Origin: a candidate division WOR-3 bacterium 4484_18
GTDB lineage: Bacteria; Hydrothermota; UBA3073; NMUJ01
NCBI GenBank assembly: GCA_002256535.1
Contig: NMUJ01000003.1
Coordinates: 1 to 49,349 of the forward strand
DNA length: 49,349 nucleotides
Reading direction: 5' to 3'
The notes under the pieces: generated by a model
Database searches by the model: none
Seen by the model: the letters and a program-made list of their open reading frames with translations, nothing else
What the model was told of the DNA's origin: nothing
Translations under genes and position numbers: made by a program
Shown here: piece after piece, positions 49,129-49,349 of the stretch
Layout: each line of letters begins with the position of its first letter
Position numbering within the stretch: position 1 is the stretch's first letter

Positions 49129-49349
49129 ATGAAACAAAAGGTGGCAGGAGTAGTGTGTATCCTATTATTATTTCCTTTATTTCTTCATGCAGGTATCACA
49201 GGTAAGATCGCTGGCTATGTGCGGGATGCTGAGACTGGTACACCGTTGGCGGGTGCAAACGTTCTTGTGCTTGGCACACCATTTGGTGCATCTACTGATG
49301 AGAAAGGATACTTCGTTATAATCAATATGCCACCAGGCAAGTATGATGT
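49129..49349 (+). CDS. secreted protein with N-terminal carboxypeptidase-regulatory-like domain (TonB-dependent-receptor-like N-terminus), 3' partial
   Basis: MKQKVAGVVCILLLFPLFLHAGITGKIAGYVRDAETGTPLAGANVLVLGT..STDEKGYFVIINMPPGKYD. Runs off the window end. Confidence 0.7.
   Translation, partial: MKQKVAGVVCILLLFPLFLHAGITGKIAGYVRDAETGTPLAGANVLVLGTPFGASTDEKGYFVIINMPPGKYD

Noticed and set aside
1-49349. Alternative genetic code (stop-codon reassignment)
   Set aside because: TGA, TAA and TAG all terminate conserved genes at their expected lengths, for example tuf (TGA), rplW (TAA) and rpmH (TAG). No in-frame stops interrupt the intact genes.
1-49349. Apparent excess of ACGT/CACGTG strings
   Set aside because: This is a by-eye impression only. 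It is explained by the strong preference for CGT (Arg) and ACG/GTN codon neighbours in coding regions. It needs a proper k-mer test against a codon-shuffled null before any methylation or restriction interpretation.

Overview
Compact, gene-dense bacterial chromosome segment made almost entirely of core housekeeping genes. I found no CRISPR array, transposase, integrase, reverse transcriptase or recognisable defence or toxin module, so I do not claim a novel system here.

Gene content:
- Left arm, minus strand (124-7819): trpS, a membrane protein, proS, rimP, nusA, infB, a DUF503 gene and a small hypothetical.
- Centre, plus strand (8025-22938): tuf followed by a collinear S10-spc-alpha ribosomal cluster, rpsJ through rplQ. 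It includes secY, adk, infA and rpmJ, which the ORF track omits. There is no map gene and no rpsL-rpsG-fusA upstream.
- Right arm: envelope and metabolism genes. These are a skp-like gene, lpxD, comEA, ugd plus a UDP-sugar epimerase, a SpoIID-like gene, nagB, murJ, yidD-rnpA-rpmH, a DUF123 gene, tmRNA, fabZ and a YfhO-like glycosyltransferase.
- It continues with alr, panB, thiL, an S8 peptidase with a T9SS-type C-terminal sorting domain, two tRNA-Arg genes, cdd and a PatA/PimA-like acyltransferase-glycosyltransferase pair.
- It ends with a deacetylase, a gldA-like ABC ATPase, an outer-membrane-like protein, tilS and a partial gene.
- LPS genes plus the T9SS sorting tail suggest a diderm, probably an uncultivated FCB-like lineage. 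That placement is inference only.

Most striking observation: about ten conserved genes lack 15-100 internal or terminal codons at sharp junctions, usually with a frame change. Two of them, infB and secY, are essential. The affected genes are DUF503, infB, rimP, secY, SpoIID-like, nagB, panB, possibly thiL, the GT4 gene and the ABC ATPase. Scaffold gaps joined without Ns explain this best. Genuine gene decay is the alternative.

Other points:
- tmRNA with a very short tag ending AVA.
- A recurring TTGACA-N15-17-TATTT(T/A) promoter architecture that predicts a leaderless trpS mRNA.
- A motif shared by two bidirectional intergenic regions.
- A 16-bp direct repeat upstream of the S8 peptidase, whose catalytic Asp is replaced by Glu.
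- A T5-run frameshift in a small membrane gene.
- Several convergent gene pairs that overlap, with no visible terminators.
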